Source: Flavobacteriales bacterium | Lineage (GTDB): Bacteria > Bacteroidota > Bacteroidia > Flavobacteriales > TMED113 | DNA length: 64,000 nucleotides | Direction of reading: 5' to 3' | Assembly (NCBI GenBank): GCA_002701365.1 | Contig: NZUK01000002.1 | Coordinates: forward strand, 46,195 to 110,194 | Shown here: positions 28,555 through 39,847 of the stretch, one piece after another | Layout: each line of letters opens with the position of its first letter | How positions within the stretch are numbered: the first letter of the stretch is position 1 | Translations under genes and position numbers: made by a program | Notes under the pieces: generated by a model | The model's database searches: none | What the model was told of the DNA's origin: nothing | The model's input: the letters and a program-made list of their open reading frames with translations, nothing else

Positions 28555-30138
28555 ATGACAGAAATTAAACCATCAGAAGTATCACAAATACTAAAATCAG
28601 AATTAAGTAATTTACAAACCGAATCTAAGCTAGAAGAGACAGGTAGTGTTTTGGCTGTTGGTGACGGGATTGCCAGACTTTATGGATTGAAAAATGTTGA
28701 GTCAGGGGAGTTAATAGAGTTTAATAACGATAAAGAACAGCAAGGAATAGTCTTAAATTTAGAAGAAGATAATGTTGGGGCGGTTTTATTAGGATCGTCT
28801 GTTAGCATAAAGGAGGGGGATATTGTCAAGAGAACAAAAAGAATTGCGTCTATACAAGTAGGCGAAGGCATGTTGGGCCGTGTTGTAAACGCTATGGGAG
28901 AGCCAATTGACGGGAAGGGCCCCATAAAAGGTGAAACACATGAAATGCCTTTAGAAAGAAAAGCCCCAGGAGTTATTTATAGGCAACCTGTTACAGAGCC
29001 CTTACAAACAGGGATCAAAGCAATTGACTCTATGATACCAATTGGAAGAGGCCAGCGGGAATTAATAATTGGAGATAGACAAACCGGGAAAACTTCGGTT
29101 GCCATAGATACAATTATTAATCAAAAAGAATTTTACGAAAAAGGAGAGCCTGTTTATTGTGTTTATGTTGCAACGTCTCAAAAGGGCTCAACAGTGGCCA
29201 ATATTACAAAGATGTTAAGTGATAATGGAGCACTTGACTATACCGTTATCGTTACAGCCTCAGCTGCTGATCCGGCACCAATGCAATTTTACTCACCATT
29301 TACCGGAGCAGCTATAGGAGAATTTTTTAGAGACACTGGGCGCCACGCTCTAATTGTATATGACGACCTATCTAAACAGGCAGTGTCATATAGAGAGGTT
29401 TCGTTGCTATTACGTAGACCTCCTGGCAGGGAAGCTTACCCAGGGGATGTGTTTTATTTACACTCAAGACTATTAGAGCGAGCTGCAAAAATTAATAATT
29501 CTGATACAATTGCTGCTGAGATGAATGATTTGCCAGACTCTTTAAAAGGGCTAGTTAAAGGAGGAGGCTCATTAACAGCCTTGCCCATTATTGAGACACA
29601 GGCAGGAGATGTTTCAGCCTATATTCCAACAAACGTAATATCAATTACCGATGGTCAAATATTTTTAGAATCAGATTTATTTAACTCGGGCGTTCGACCA
29701 GCAATTAACGTAGGAATATCTGTTTCAAGGGTTGGGGGTAGCGCGCAAGTTAAATCTATGAAAAAGGTTGCCGGTACATTAAAATTAGATCAAGCGCAAT
29801 ATAGAGAGCTTGAAGCATTTGCTAAATTTGGATCCGACTTAGATGCGGCAACAACAGCAGTTTTAGAAAAGGGGAAAAGAAATGTTGAAATATTAAAACA
29901 AGGCCTAAATCAACCAATGAAAGTAGAGGATCAAATTGCAATTATTTATTGTGGCTCACAAGGCCTGCTTAATAATGTAGGTGTTGAAAAAATAAAAGAA
30001 TGTGAAGCCGACTTTATAAGGTTAATGAATAAAGATTTTAAAGATACGCTATCTTCACTGAAACAAGGGCAACTTACAGATGAGGTTAAAAAATCGATAG
30101 AGACCGCTCTTGACCAGGTGCTAAAAAATTATAACTAA
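28555..30138 (+). CDS. atpA: F0F1 ATP synthase subunit alpha
   Basis: Walker A GDRQTGKT, plus [12 protein letters not shown] and other highly conserved alpha-subunit blocks. Confidence 0.97.
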   Translation: MTEIKPSEVSQILKSELSNLQTESKLEETGSVLAVGDGIARLYGLKNVESGELIEFNNDKEQQGIVLNLEEDNVGAVLLGSSVSIKEGDIVKRTKRIASIQVGEGMLGRVVNAMGEPIDGKGPIKGETHEMPLERKAPGVIYRQPVTEPLQTGIKAIDSMIPIGRGQRELIIGDRQTGKTSVAIDTIINQKEFYEKGEPVYCVYVATSQKGSTVANITKMLSDNGALDYTVIVTASAADPAPMQFYSPFTGAAIGEFFRDTGRHALIVYDDLSKQAVSYREVSLLLRRPPGREAYPGDVFYLHSRLLERAAKINNSDTIAAEMNDLPDSLKGLVKGGGSLTALPIIETQAGDVSAYIPTNVISITDGQIFLESDLFNSGVRPAINVGISVSRVGGSAQVKSMKKVAGTLKLDQAQYRELEAFAKFGSDLDAATTAVLEKGKRNVEILKQGLNQPMKVEDQIAIIYCGSQGLLNNVGVEKIKECEADFIRLMNKDFKDTLSSLKQGQLTDEVKKSIETALDQVLKNYN

Positions 30139-30146
30139 GCAAAAAA

Positions 30147-31010
30147 ATGTCAAATCTAAAGGAAATAAGGTCCAGAATTTCATCGGTTTCATCGACTATG
30201 AAGATTACTAGCGCAATGAAAATGGTGTCTGCTGCAAAATTAAAAAAATCTCAAGATCAAATGCAGAATATTAAGCCCTATTCAGGGGCGCTAAAAAACT
30301 CAATAAACAATCTTTTACCCAATATTAGCGCCTCAGAGGTAACGCTTTTAAAATGTCATTCGAAAGAAAATAGAAAATTAATAATAACTATAAGTTCTAA
30401 CAGGGGGCTTTGCGGGGGATTTAATGCAAATATTTTTAAGAAAGCAAAACAAGAAAAAATACAAAAAACAGATGACATATATTGTATCGGAAAAAAAATA
30501 ATAGAGCAGTTTTCTAGAATGCAGAATAATATAGTCTCTAAAGAAATTAAGGTATTAGATAATCCCACGGCAGTTAACTCTAGATCAATTTCAGAATCAA
30601 TAATTACAGGATTTATAGAGGGCAGGTGGTCAGAGGTGATACTTATTTATAATAAATTTAAAAATGCAGCAACACAAACTGTGTGTTCAGAAAAAATTTT
30701 ACCAATATCTATTGATGAAAATAATTCAGAAGAGGGGCCAATAAAACATGATTATATTTTTGAGCCAACTAAAAAACAAATTATCAATAGTTTAATACCA
30801 GAGAAAGTACACACTCAAATTTTTGAAGCATTATTAAATTCAATAGCTTCCGAGCATGGTGCAAGAATGACAGCCATGCATAAGGCAACAGATAATGCAC
30901 AAGACTTAAAAGACGGCCTAACATTACAATACAACAGACAAAGGCAAGCGGCAATTACCAATGAAATATTAGAAATCGTCGCTGGAGCAGAGGCGCTAAA
31001 AGAAGCTTAA
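30147..31010 (+). CDS. atpG: F0F1 ATP synthase subunit gamma
   Basis: N-terminal IRSRISSVSSTMKITSAMKMVSAAKL and C-terminal ITNEILEIVAGAEAL helices. Confidence 0.9.
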   Translation: MSNLKEIRSRISSVSSTMKITSAMKMVSAAKLKKSQDQMQNIKPYSGALKNSINNLLPNISASEVTLLKCHSKENRKLIITISSNRGLCGGFNANIFKKAKQEKIQKTDDIYCIGKKIIEQFSRMQNNIVSKEIKVLDNPTAVNSRSISESIITGFIEGRWSEVILIYNKFKNAATQTVCSEKILPISIDENNSEEGPIKHDYIFEPTKKQIINSLIPEKVHTQIFEALLNSIASEHGARMTAMHKATDNAQDLKDGLTLQYNRQRQAAITNEILEIVAGAEALKEA

Positions 31011-31048
31011 ATAGTGCGCCCAGACCTATTAAAATAATTCAATTTTAA

Positions 31049-31056
31049 TATATTTG
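31049..31056 (+). promoter_or_regulatory. Candidate -7 box (TAnnTTTG) for the sensor kinase gene
   Basis: TATATTTG ends only 7 nt before the ATG at 31064. This implies a leaderless or near-leaderless transcript if the box is used. Confidence 0.35.
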
Positions 31057-31063
31057 ATACTTT

Positions 31064-32569
31064 ATGATTCTTAAAAAAGTACCATTAAGTCAGCAGATTT
31101 TTTTTTCCATGATAGGACTTATGAGCTTAGCCCTACTAGTTGTTGCTATCATAAACATAAGACAAATCAAAAAAGAAACAACCAACTATAACGTAGAGCG
31201 TTTAGCTAGAAAAGACAGGGCTGTCGCTAAATCAATTGAAGCAATAATTAATCTTAGCCCAAAGTATAATGTTAATTTAAAGAAAGCATTTAAGCCTATT
31301 TTAAAAGACGTGGGATATATTCATAAATTAAAAATAAACATATATGGTCTTGATGGAAGTTTTATTTGGTCTTCTGATTCAACATTGCTTAAAAATAAAA
31401 TTATTACGCAGCCTATACCCAAAAACTTAATAGACTCTTGCTTTTCTTCAAATGTGAAGAAAATAAAATATGAAAAAGGCGGATATTTTGGCACATATAG
31501 AGTTTTGTATAAATCTGAAAGTAGCGCAGGTCTAACATCTTCAGAACCTATAATTACTGAAAACCCCTTTTGCATACTTGATGTAATTTATGATAAAAGC
31601 ATGAAGGAAGAGATTTTATCAAAAACAAACCAGCAAATTAGAAGATTAATAAAGCTATATATTGCGTTGTTTATGTTTGCGGGATTTTTAGCTTATTTTG
31701 TTTTACAGCAAATAACATCACCGCTACGCTCTATTTCTCTACACCTATCCTTGGCTAAGGGGGAAAACATGTATAAGCCATTAAAGTGGCCGGTTAATGA
31801 TGAAATAGGTCAATTAATTAATGAGTATAATAAGTTAATGACGGAACTAGACGTTAGAACTCAACAATTAATTAAAAGTGAAAAAGAGGGAGCTTGGAAG
31901 GAAATGGCCAGACAAATAGCACATGAAATTAAAAACCCACTAACTCCGATGCGACTTAATGTTCAGTACCTATTAAAGTCTTTTAAGGATGGAGCAGGGA
32001 TAGGTCTATATTCAGATGACTGGAAGGAAAAATTAGAAAATTTTTCTAAAACCATGATTCAGCAAATAGATACATTAACACATATTGCAAATTCGTTTTC
32101 AGATTTCGCAAATATAAACAGCAGATCAGAAGAAGAGATTATTATTAAGGAAGAACTTGAAAGAATAGTACAGTTGTTTAAAAATAATAATGTAAAATTT
32201 AGAACAGCCCTAAAAGATCGCAAAAAAATTAAGGTTTACATGGATAAAACACACTTAACGAGAATTATTAATAATCTTGTTAAAAACTCATTACAGGCAG
32301 AAAAGCCAAACACCCCCATCGAGGTGATCGTAGAGTTGGGCCTAGAGTCTAATAATTGTACAGTTTTAGTTAGCGACAATGGTCTTGGTATTGCAAACGA
32401 AATAAAAGATAAGATTTTTGAACCCAATTTTACCACCAAGAGCAGTGGAATGGGACTAGGATTATCTATGATTAAAAAAATAATAACAGATTTTAATGGT
32501 CAAATAAATTACGTAACTTCTGATGAAGGGACGGCGTTTAAAGTTACAATACCAATCATAAAAAAATAA
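31064..32569 (+). CDS. Membrane sensor histidine kinase (HAMP-HisKA-HATPase)
   Basis: Two TM segments flank an extracytoplasmic domain. H-box AHEIKNPLTPM, N-box LVKNSLQA and G-boxes DNGLGI and GMGLGLS. No response regulator gene is adjacent. Confidence 0.8.
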   Translation: MILKKVPLSQQIFFSMIGLMSLALLVVAIINIRQIKKETTNYNVERLARKDRAVAKSIEAIINLSPKYNVNLKKAFKPILKDVGYIHKLKINIYGLDGSFIWSSDSTLLKNKIITQPIPKNLIDSCFSSNVKKIKYEKGGYFGTYRVLYKSESSAGLTSSEPIITENPFCILDVIYDKSMKEEILSKTNQQIRRLIKLYIALFMFAGFLAYFVLQQITSPLRSISLHLSLAKGENMYKPLKWPVNDEIGQLINEYNKLMTELDVRTQQLIKSEKEGAWKEMARQIAHEIKNPLTPMRLNVQYLLKSFKDGAGIGLYSDDWKEKLENFSKTMIQQIDTLTHIANSFSDFANINSRSEEEIIIKEELERIVQLFKNNNVKFRTALKDRKKIKVYMDKTHLTRIINNLVKNSLQAEKPNTPIEVIVELGLESNNCTVLVSDNGLGIANEIKDKIFEPNFTTKSSGMGLGLSMIKKIITDFNGQINYVTSDEGTAFKVTIPIIKK

Positions 32570-32578
32570 AATAGCATT

Positions 32579-33430
32579 ATGGAACAAGCATGGGAATCAT
32601 TAAATAATTTTAAAAATCAGCAAACAATTTGTTATAAATACGATTTAGATCTTAAGGTTGGAATTATTAAAATTCAGAGACCAAAACATTTAAATGCATT
32701 AAATAAATATGTAATATTAGATTTAGAATATATTTTAGATCACATGGAAAAAGATACAAGTATTAGGTCTATTATTATAACCGGAGAAGGAGAAAAAGCA
32801 TTTGTTGCAGGGGCCGACATAAAAGAGTTTCAAAAATTTGATGACAATGAAGCATATACTTTAAGCAAATTGGGCAAAGAAAAAGTATTTAATAAAATAG
32901 AGCAACTTAATAAGCCTGTTATAGCCGCGATTAATGGATATGCCTTGGGTGGGGGCTTGGAATTAGCTTTATCATGTCATATAAGAGTTGCTAGTGAAAA
33001 CGCTCAACTGGGCTTGCCAGAGTGTACAATAGGTTTATTGCCCGGATATGGCGGTACACAGCGATTACCAAAAATCATTGGAATGGGTCATGCGATGGAA
33101 ATGATTTTGACAGGAAAGATGATTGATAGTTTCGAGGCGCACAGAATAGGGCTTGTAAATTATAATGTTCCTTCGGAAAAATTACTTACTAAGTGTCTGG
33201 AAATCGCAAAATCTTTTATAAAAACATCACCAGATTCACTGTTATTAGCAATTAATTCTATAAATAATAGTTTCTTTAATAAAGGTGATAAAATTGAAAG
33301 TCAAAATTTCGCCAAATTGTTTAAAACACAAAATTTTAAAGAAGGAGTGGCAGCGTTTCTGGAAAAAAGAAAAGCGAATTATAAAGCTTCAAGCATTAAT
33401 AACAGCCAAAGACGTGAACAAAATAAATGA
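32579..33430 (+). CDS. Enoyl-CoA hydratase/isomerase (crotonase) family
   Basis: FVAGADIKEF and GYALGGGLELALSCHIRVA oxyanion-hole motifs. Confidence 0.85.
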   Translation: MEQAWESLNNFKNQQTICYKYDLDLKVGIIKIQRPKHLNALNKYVILDLEYILDHMEKDTSIRSIIITGEGEKAFVAGADIKEFQKFDDNEAYTLSKLGKEKVFNKIEQLNKPVIAAINGYALGGGLELALSCHIRVASENAQLGLPECTIGLLPGYGGTQRLPKIIGMGHAMEMILTGKMIDSFEAHRIGLVNYNVPSEKLLTKCLEIAKSFIKTSPDSLLLAINSINNSFFNKGDKIESQNFAKLFKTQNFKEGVAAFLEKRKANYKASSINNSQRREQNK

Positions 33431-34956
33431 GTGTAATAAAACAGCTTTTTGGACAAACCTTGGTTTATGGTTTTAGTAGTGTTTTAGCTAGAGTATTAAA
33501 CTTTTTATTAGTTCCGTTATATACAGTATTATTTATTCCCTCAGAATACGCAGTTTTATCAGAAATGTATGCTTACGCCGCCTTTTTTATGGCCTTGGGT
33601 TCATGTGGAATGGAGACAGCTTTTTTTAGATTTTTTGATTCAAAAAAAGGAAGTCAAAAAAATGTATTTTCTACGGCATTTATATTTTTACTGTGCAATG
33701 CTCTTTTTATCAGCCTATTGGCATTTATATTTTGTAATAAAATTGCTACTATTATTCAACACTCGAATAATCCAGAGTATATTATTTACTTTGCTTTAAT
33801 TATTTCACTTGATCTATTATCGATAATTCCATTTGCTCTGTTAAGACAAAAAAACAAGGCTATTAAGTTTGCTGTTATTAAAACGATTAATATATTTTTC
33901 AATATATTTTTCAATATATTTTTTCTCATTATTTGCCCGGCATTATTAGAAAATAATATTTTGGTCAATGTTATAAGCTATATTTACAACCCTAAACTTA
34001 TGGTTGGATATGTCTTTATCTCTAATCTTATAGCAAGTACTATTACTATAATTTTATTATTTCCAGAAATTAAAAAACATATTCAAAGTTTTGAGCAAAG
34101 AATTTTTAGAGAAATGTTAAAATATTCTTGGCCCATTCTTATAGCAAGTTTGGCCTTTATAGTAAATGAGACGGCAGATAAAGTATTATTAAAGTATTTG
34201 TTGCAACCCAAATATGGTGAGGCAGTTGCTATGCATCAAATGGGTGTATATTCAGCCTGTTATAAGTTATCAATTTTTATGATGCTTTTTGTTCAGGCTT
34301 ATAGATTCGCGGCGGAACCATTTTTTTTTAATCAATTTAATAAACCAGATTCAAAAAAAATATACTCACTCATGTTACAATGTTTTGTGTTGTTTGCGTT
34401 GGCTATATTTTTATTTGTTGTTTTCTATATAGATATTATTAAATTAATTATTCCGAATTCACTATATCACGAAGGAGTTGTTATTGTTCCTATTGTATTA
34501 ATGGCTAATATTTTTTTGGGAATATATTACAACCTGTCTGTTTGGTACAAGGTGACAAACAAAACAAAATATGCAGCGATAATATCTTTATTCGGCGCGG
34601 CTATCACCATACTATTTAATATTGCGTTTATTCCCAAATACGGCTATATTGCAGCAGCCTGTGCAACATGCCTTTGTTATTTTATAATGGCAATAACTTC
34701 CTATTCTTTAGGAAAAAAAGTTTTTTATATAAAATATAACATAAAAGAAATTCTTAGTTACTTTACTATAGCCATGTCCCTTTATTTAATAAGTGTTCCA
34801 TTTAGTACCACCTTAATTTCAGCCTGGTTTAATTGGGGCACACCGTCATATGTAGATAATATAATTTTTAATACAATTTTATTCCTGATATACCTTATAT
34901 TTATATACTCGCGAATTCAGAAAATATTTAAACCAATTAAAGTTGTGAAATTTTAA
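33427..34956 (+). CDS. Oligosaccharide/polysaccharide flippase (MOP/Wzx-like) family membrane protein
   Basis: 509 aa with about 12-14 TM helices. The N-terminus ([22 protein letters not shown]) is typical of polysaccharide biosynthesis flippases. It overlaps the preceding gene by 4 nt. Confidence 0.65.
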   Translation: MSVIKQLFGQTLVYGFSSVLARVLNFLLVPLYTVLFIPSEYAVLSEMYAYAAFFMALGSCGMETAFFRFFDSKKGSQKNVFSTAFIFLLCNALFISLLAFIFCNKIATIIQHSNNPEYIIYFALIISLDLLSIIPFALLRQKNKAIKFAVIKTINIFFNIFFNIFFLIICPALLENNILVNVISYIYNPKLMVGYVFISNLIASTITIILLFPEIKKHIQSFEQRIFREMLKYSWPILIASLAFIVNETADKVLLKYLLQPKYGEAVAMHQMGVYSACYKLSIFMMLFVQAYRFAAEPFFFNQFNKPDSKKIYSLMLQCFVLFALAIFLFVVFYIDIIKLIIPNSLYHEGVVIVPIVLMANIFLGIYYNLSVWYKVTNKTKYAAIISLFGAAITILFNIAFIPKYGYIAAACATCLCYFIMAITSYSLGKKVFYIKYNIKEILSYFTIAMSLYLISVPFSTTLISAWFNWGTPSYVDNIIFNTILFLIYLIFIYSRIQKIFKPIKVVKF

Positions 34957-34960
34957 AACT

Positions 34961-35395
34961 ATGATTGTAGAAATAATTAACAAATCTAAACACCCCAATC
35001 CCTCCTATAAGACTCACGGTTCTTCTGGTCTAGACATTAGAGCAAATATTGAAAATTCAATTAACTTGCGCTCCATGGAAAGAGCCGTTATTCCTACCGG
35101 AATTTATCTAGACATTCCTGAAAATACAGAAGCACAAATTAGACCTAGAAGTGGACTGGCCTTAAAATCAGGAATAACAGTTTTGAATACCCCCGGCACT
35201 ATTGATTCAGATTATAGAGGAGAAGTCGCAGTGATTTTAATTAATCTTTCAAAAGAAGTATTTATAATAAATGATGGTGATCGTATTGCGCAAATGGTTT
35301 TTAGCAAAGTAGAAAAAATAAATTGGAGAGAAAAAAAAATATTAACAAAAACGGAGAGAGGATCAGGGGGCTTTGGTAGCACTGGAACAAAATAA
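34961..35395 (+). CDS. dut: dUTP diphosphatase
   Basis: Motifs [25 protein letters not shown] and [10 protein letters not shown]. Confidence 0.95.
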   Translation: MIVEIINKSKHPNPSYKTHGSSGLDIRANIENSINLRSMERAVIPTGIYLDIPENTEAQIRPRSGLALKSGITVLNTPGTIDSDYRGEVAVILINLSKEVFIINDGDRIAQMVFSKVEKINWREKKILTKTERGSGGFGSTGTK

Positions 35396-35398
35396 TAT

Positions 35399-36382
35399 AT
35401 GAACTTAATAATTCCAATGGGGGGCAGGGGAACCAGGCTGAGGCCACACACACTCACAACACCTAAACCATTAATTGAAATAGCCGGAAAAAGTATTGTT
35501 CAACGAATTGTAGACCTGATAAACAAGTCAAAAGTTCAAATTACTAATGTGGGATTTATAATTGAAAAACCTGACTTAGTGATTGAAGAAATGTTGATAA
35601 AAATGGGGTCAGAAAATAATATAAGTACTAGTGTTTTTTTTCAAACAAAGCCTGAAGGAACTGCACACGCTATTTATTGTGCAAAAAAAATGCTTAAGGG
35701 GCCAACAATGGTAGTGTTTGCAGACACCTTATTCGAAACGGAATTAAAATTCCCCAATGATGTAGATGGCTGTATCTTTGTTAAAGAAGTTGACGACCCA
35801 AGCGCTTATGGCGTTGTTAAATTAAACCCGAATGGGGTTATTACTGACTTTATTGAAAAGCCTAAAGAGCCGGTTTCTAATTTAGCAATAGTTGGCATGT
35901 ATTATTTTAAAGACGGAGCACTATTAAAGAAAGAAATAAAGAAAATTTTAGACAAAAATACTAAGGTTCGTGGCGAGTATCAAATAACAACAGCATTAGA
36001 GCAATTAAAAGAACAAAAGAAAACTTTTTTACCGATCGTAATTAAAAGCTGGTATGATTGCGGCTCACCAACAAACATTCTAAATTCTCACGCTAAAATA
36101 TTAGAGAAGGAATCTCCAAAATCTTTAACATTTAAAAACACCCAAATAATACCACCGTGTTTTATTGCAAAGGGTGTGAAAATTTCTGACTCTAAAATAG
36201 GCCCGCACGTTAGCATTGGAAAAGGAACCATTATAAAATCATCTGTTTTAAAAAATACAATTATACAAAACAAATGCATTATTAATGGAGCTGTGTTTAG
36301 CGATTCAATTATTGGAAACGAAGTAGAGTACAATAAAGAATACAAATCGGTAAGTATAGGAGACTATAGCACATTTAAATAA
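35399..36382 (+). CDS. Sugar-phosphate nucleotidyltransferase with C-terminal left-handed beta-helix
   Basis: N-terminal IIPMGGRGTRLRPHTLTTPKPL signature. The C-terminus has hexapeptide-like repeats. Confidence 0.75.
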   Translation: MNLIIPMGGRGTRLRPHTLTTPKPLIEIAGKSIVQRIVDLINKSKVQITNVGFIIEKPDLVIEEMLIKMGSENNISTSVFFQTKPEGTAHAIYCAKKMLKGPTMVVFADTLFETELKFPNDVDGCIFVKEVDDPSAYGVVKLNPNGVITDFIEKPKEPVSNLAIVGMYYFKDGALLKKEIKKILDKNTKVRGEYQITTALEQLKEQKKTFLPIVIKSWYDCGSPTNILNSHAKILEKESPKSLTFKNTQIIPPCFIAKGVKISDSKIGPHVSIGKGTIIKSSVLKNTIIQNKCIINGAVFSDSIIGNEVEYNKEYKSVSIGDYSTFK

Positions 36383-36389
36383 AATTTTT

Positions 36390-38105
36390 ATGATACTGCA
36401 CAAGCAAATAATATGGCTTTTTTGTTTTTTAAATTTTTTAAATCTTCACGCTCAAGACATAAATAAATCAAATGCTTCTAGTGTTTCGAAGACAGATAAA
36501 AAATTTCTTAAATTTTATTTTGAGGCCGAAAGGTATAAGGTTTTAGAGGATTATAATCAAGCAGTTGAATTTTATCAAAAATGCATTGAAACAAACCCTG
36601 AAGAGCCGTCGCCATATTATCAAATTGGCAAAATTCAACTCTATGTTTTTAATGAGCTAGACGATGCGGAATATAATATAAATCAAGCCATTTTTCTGAG
36701 CCCAGAAAAAGAGTGGTTATATTATGATTTGTTGACAATTTATAACTTTCAAAACAATCTGGAGTTACAAAGAGAGATTTATGAAAAGTTAATAGACATA
36801 AATCAGGATAAAGAACTTTATTATTTTGAGAGTATTAGAATTTTAATTGATCTCAAAAAATATCAAGAGGCTCACAGATTTATTAAAAAAACGGAAAAGC
36901 AATTTTCTGCAAGTCCGGACCTGTTTTTATTAAAAAAAGAAATTTATATAAAGCAGGAAAATTTGAAAGAGGCAGAAAAAATAGGGAAAAAACTTATAGA
37001 GATTTCAACTATTTTTTATCCAGAACTAGCAGAGACTTACATGTATTTTAGCGAGTATAATAAAGCAGAAGAAACTTATAAAAAGTTATTAGAAATTGAG
37101 CCCCAAAATGCCCAGGCGCTAGTGGCTCTTTATAAAATATATGTTATTAAAAACAAGATAAATAGTCAAGAATTTTATTTATCTAAAATTGCACCTAATC
37201 CTGAAGTACCAGTTGAAACTAAAAAAACCATCTTTTCTGAGCTATTGATGAAGAATGATTTTATGAAGTACAAATCATTTAAGAAAATTGTAAAAAGTTC
37301 TCTTTCAATCCATCCAGAAGAGCCAATATTTCATCTTATTTTAGGAGATATTTATGGTAAAGAAAAGTTATACGAAACAGCAATAAAACACTATCACTCG
37401 TCTCTTTATTCTGGGCTTATTAAAGACGACTATATATATAATAAACTGGTTCAAATGTATTGGCAGCAAGAAAAATATAACGATGTTTTAAAAACGGTAG
37501 ATGAGGCGATAAGTAGATTCCCATTTAATACAGAATTTTATTATTATAAGGGACTTTCATTATTAAATCAAGAGAAGTATTTGGAAACAATAGAGACCTT
37601 GCTAAAGGGTAAAGATTTCATTTTTGAGAATGAACGGTTAATTTCAGATTTTTATTCAATCATTGGCGACGCTTATCATAAAATGGAGAACCATTCCGAA
37701 TCAGATCAAGCTTATATTAAGGCCCTCAAGCACAACCCTAAAAACACTCTGGTTTTGAATAACTACAGCTATTATTTGTCTATCAGAGGAGATGATTTAG
37801 TTAAAGCAGAGGAGATGATCATAAGATGCATACAGTTAACAGAAGAAAAGCCAAATGCATCTTATATTGATACTTATGCGTGGGTTTTATATCAGCTTGA
37901 AAGATATGATCTAGCACTATATCAAATAGAGCTAGCCCTAACTCTAAGCCCGAGCAGCTCAGTTCTTTTAGATCATTATGGTGACATATTGTATAAACTA
38001 GGAAGGAAGGAACAAGCTCGGAGGGAATGGGAAAAAGCGTTTCAATTAGACAATAAAAATAGTAGTTTAGAAAAAAAAATCAATCAAAGTATTTTAAATG
38101 AGTAG
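36390..38105 (+). CDS. Secreted TPR-repeat protein
   Basis: Signal peptide and multiple 34-aa TPR-like units (for example AVEFYQKCIETNPEE, AEETYKKLLEIEPQNAQA, AYIKALKHNPKN). Confidence 0.7.
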   Translation: MILHKQIIWLFCFLNFLNLHAQDINKSNASSVSKTDKKFLKFYFEAERYKVLEDYNQAVEFYQKCIETNPEEPSPYYQIGKIQLYVFNELDDAEYNINQAIFLSPEKEWLYYDLLTIYNFQNNLELQREIYEKLIDINQDKELYYFESIRILIDLKKYQEAHRFIKKTEKQFSASPDLFLLKKEIYIKQENLKEAEKIGKKLIEISTIFYPELAETYMYFSEYNKAEETYKKLLEIEPQNAQALVALYKIYVIKNKINSQEFYLSKIAPNPEVPVETKKTIFSELLMKNDFMKYKSFKKIVKSSLSIHPEEPIFHLILGDIYGKEKLYETAIKHYHSSLYSGLIKDDYIYNKLVQMYWQQEKYNDVLKTVDEAISRFPFNTEFYYYKGLSLLNQEKYLETIETLLKGKDFIFENERLISDFYSIIGDAYHKMENHSESDQAYIKALKHNPKNTLVLNNYSYYLSIRGDDLVKAEEMIIRCIQLTEEKPNASYIDTYAWVLYQLERYDLALYQIELALTLSPSSSVLLDHYGDILYKLGRKEQARREWEKAFQLDNKNSSLEKKINQSILNE

Positions 38106-38631
38106 GCTTTTTATAATAATTTTTACCATCCTTTTTTCAGGTTGTCAAATATTTAAAATGGGCTCAAGTCTATCAAAACGTAGTTTAAAAACACTTAGTG
38201 TATATGCTAACATTTCACTAGAATCAAATTTGATAGTAGGGCCTAAATTTAAATCAAGAATTAATTTTTTTAAAGACTCAATAATTTTATCCGCCTCCCC
38301 TGGACTAGGAATAGAATTGGCTCGCGTAAAAATCACAGATGAAAGAGTATATATAGACCAAAAAATACAAAACAAACTTGACACAATTAATATTGTAGAA
38401 TTAGACCCATATTTTAAATTAAAAAATTTAAAAAAACTCTTTATTAGTAAGCGTGAACCAAAAGACACGATGGCTTATTATAATTCATACATGATCGTTA
38501 CGTTCACAAACTATATTAAAAAAGACAATATTTTTTTGCCTCAAAAAGTTATTATTGACAGCAACGAAAAAAATACAGGTTTCCCGTTTCAAAACACCCT
38601 TGAAATACAATATAAAAAAATTAATATCTAA
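38098..38631 (+). CDS. Small lipoprotein (DUF4292/LolB-like by context)
   Basis: Lipobox LFSGCQ. It is 177 aa and sandwiched between the TPR protein and an EnvC-like M23 protein. I recall this as a conserved Bacteroidota triad. The family name was not verified. Confidence 0.4.
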   Translation: MSRLFIIIFTILFSGCQIFKMGSSLSKRSLKTLSVYANISLESNLIVGPKFKSRINFFKDSIILSASPGLGIELARVKITDERVYIDQKIQNKLDTINIVELDPYFKLKNLKKLFISKREPKDTMAYYNSYMIVTFTNYIKKDNIFLPQKVIIDSNEKNTGFPFQNTLEIQYKKINI

Positions 38632-38637
38632 TAGATT

Positions 38638-39810
38638 ATGAGGGTATTGGCACTATGTTTTTTTAGCCTATTCATCTTTAGTGCTTCAATTTCACAAGTA
38701 GAGAAGTATGACAATCTTGTTTTAGAAAAAAACAAACTTTTAAATGAGTCGGCGGTTTTAAACGATTTATTAAAAGAAACACAATTTTCTCAAAATCATA
38801 CAATAGAAGAGTTAACGCTAATTAATAGTAAAATACATGTTCAGGAAAATTTATTAATTATTTATAATCAAGAAATACAAGCCCTTAATAACGAAGAGGT
38901 TAAAATTGAAAGAGAAGTGATTAAGATCAAGCAACAACTTAGTGTCCTTAAACAAAACTATGCCAAACTCATTAAGATTAGCCACCGATCTACAATGGCC
39001 TACAACAGGTTATTGTTTTTTTTGTCATCGAATAATTTTAATCAATTAATCAGGAGGTTGTATCATTTTAAAAAAATAGAAATTAATAGACGAAAGAAAT
39101 ATCATGAAATTCAAAAATTAAAATCAAAACTAGACGTTAAAAAGGAATTAATTATAACTCAAAAAGTAAAGCAATCAGATCTGGCAATAAGTAAAAAGAA
39201 AGAATTGGTCTCCTTAAATAAAACAAAAAAATTACAAGAAAAAACCATAGCTTTTTTAAAAAACAAGGAGGATTCATTAAAAATTAAAATAGAGATCAAG
39301 AATAAGGAGGCTAAAAAAATAACGTCAACAATATTGGATTTATTAGATAAGCAAAAAAATAGTGAGAATCAATTAACGCCAGAGCTAAAGTTGCTTTCGT
39401 CTAATTTTCAATCTAATAAAGGAAGACTGCCATGGCCGGTTAAAAAGGGAAGTATAGTTGGCAAATTTGGAAAATCCCAACACCCCGTATTGTCAGGCAT
39501 TACTATAATAAATAATGGAATTGATATTAAGACTAATGAAAAGATGGTTCGAGCAATTTTTGACGGAGAGATAAGTAAAATTATAGTTCTTCCAACAGGG
39601 CTTAAAGTTGTGATTATTAAACATGGAAGTTACTTAACAGTATATTCTAATTTACATAATGTTTCTTTGCAGAAGGGTCAAAAGGTAAAAACAAAAGATT
39701 ATATAGGAGATTTATATGATAATAAAACTAAAAAAAACAATATTTTGGGTTTTCAAATTTGGCAAGGTCGCGAAAAACTTAACCCAACACTGTGGATCTC
39801 TACTCAATAA
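38638..39810 (+). CDS. EnvC-like coiled-coil protein with degenerate LytM/M23 domain (murein hydrolase activator type)
   Basis: Signal peptide, a coiled coil of about 230 aa and a C-terminal M23 fold. It lacks the catalytic HxxxD and HxH motifs (NNGIDI and LGFQIWQG in their place). Confidence 0.7.
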   Translation: MRVLALCFFSLFIFSASISQVEKYDNLVLEKNKLLNESAVLNDLLKETQFSQNHTIEELTLINSKIHVQENLLIIYNQEIQALNNEEVKIEREVIKIKQQLSVLKQNYAKLIKISHRSTMAYNRLLFFLSSNNFNQLIRRLYHFKKIEINRRKKYHEIQKLKSKLDVKKELIITQKVKQSDLAISKKKELVSLNKTKKLQEKTIAFLKNKEDSLKIKIEIKNKEAKKITSTILDLLDKQKNSENQLTPELKLLSSNFQSNKGRLPWPVKKGSIVGKFGKSQHPVLSGITIINNGIDIKTNEKMVRAIFDGEISKIIVLPTGLKVVIIKHGSYLTVYSNLHNVSLQKGQKVKTKDYIGDLYDNKTKKNNILGFQIWQGREKLNPTLWISTQ

Positions 39811-39847
39811 AACAAAAAATCTTTGTAATTTTAGTTAAATTTAAATT

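Noticed and set aside
26134-31010. The ATP synthase operon lacks the beta and epsilon subunit genes, which could suggest a deletion or pseudogenised operon.
   Set aside because: In Bacteroidota atpD-atpC are normally encoded at a separate locus. All six genes present are intact.
33285-33476. A 63-aa ORF spanning the crotonase/flippase junction, plus small ORFs such as 1707..1940, 2209..2397 and 40413..40649.
   Set aside because: They are fully nested in or overlap strongly supported genes in alternative frames. There is no independent signal.
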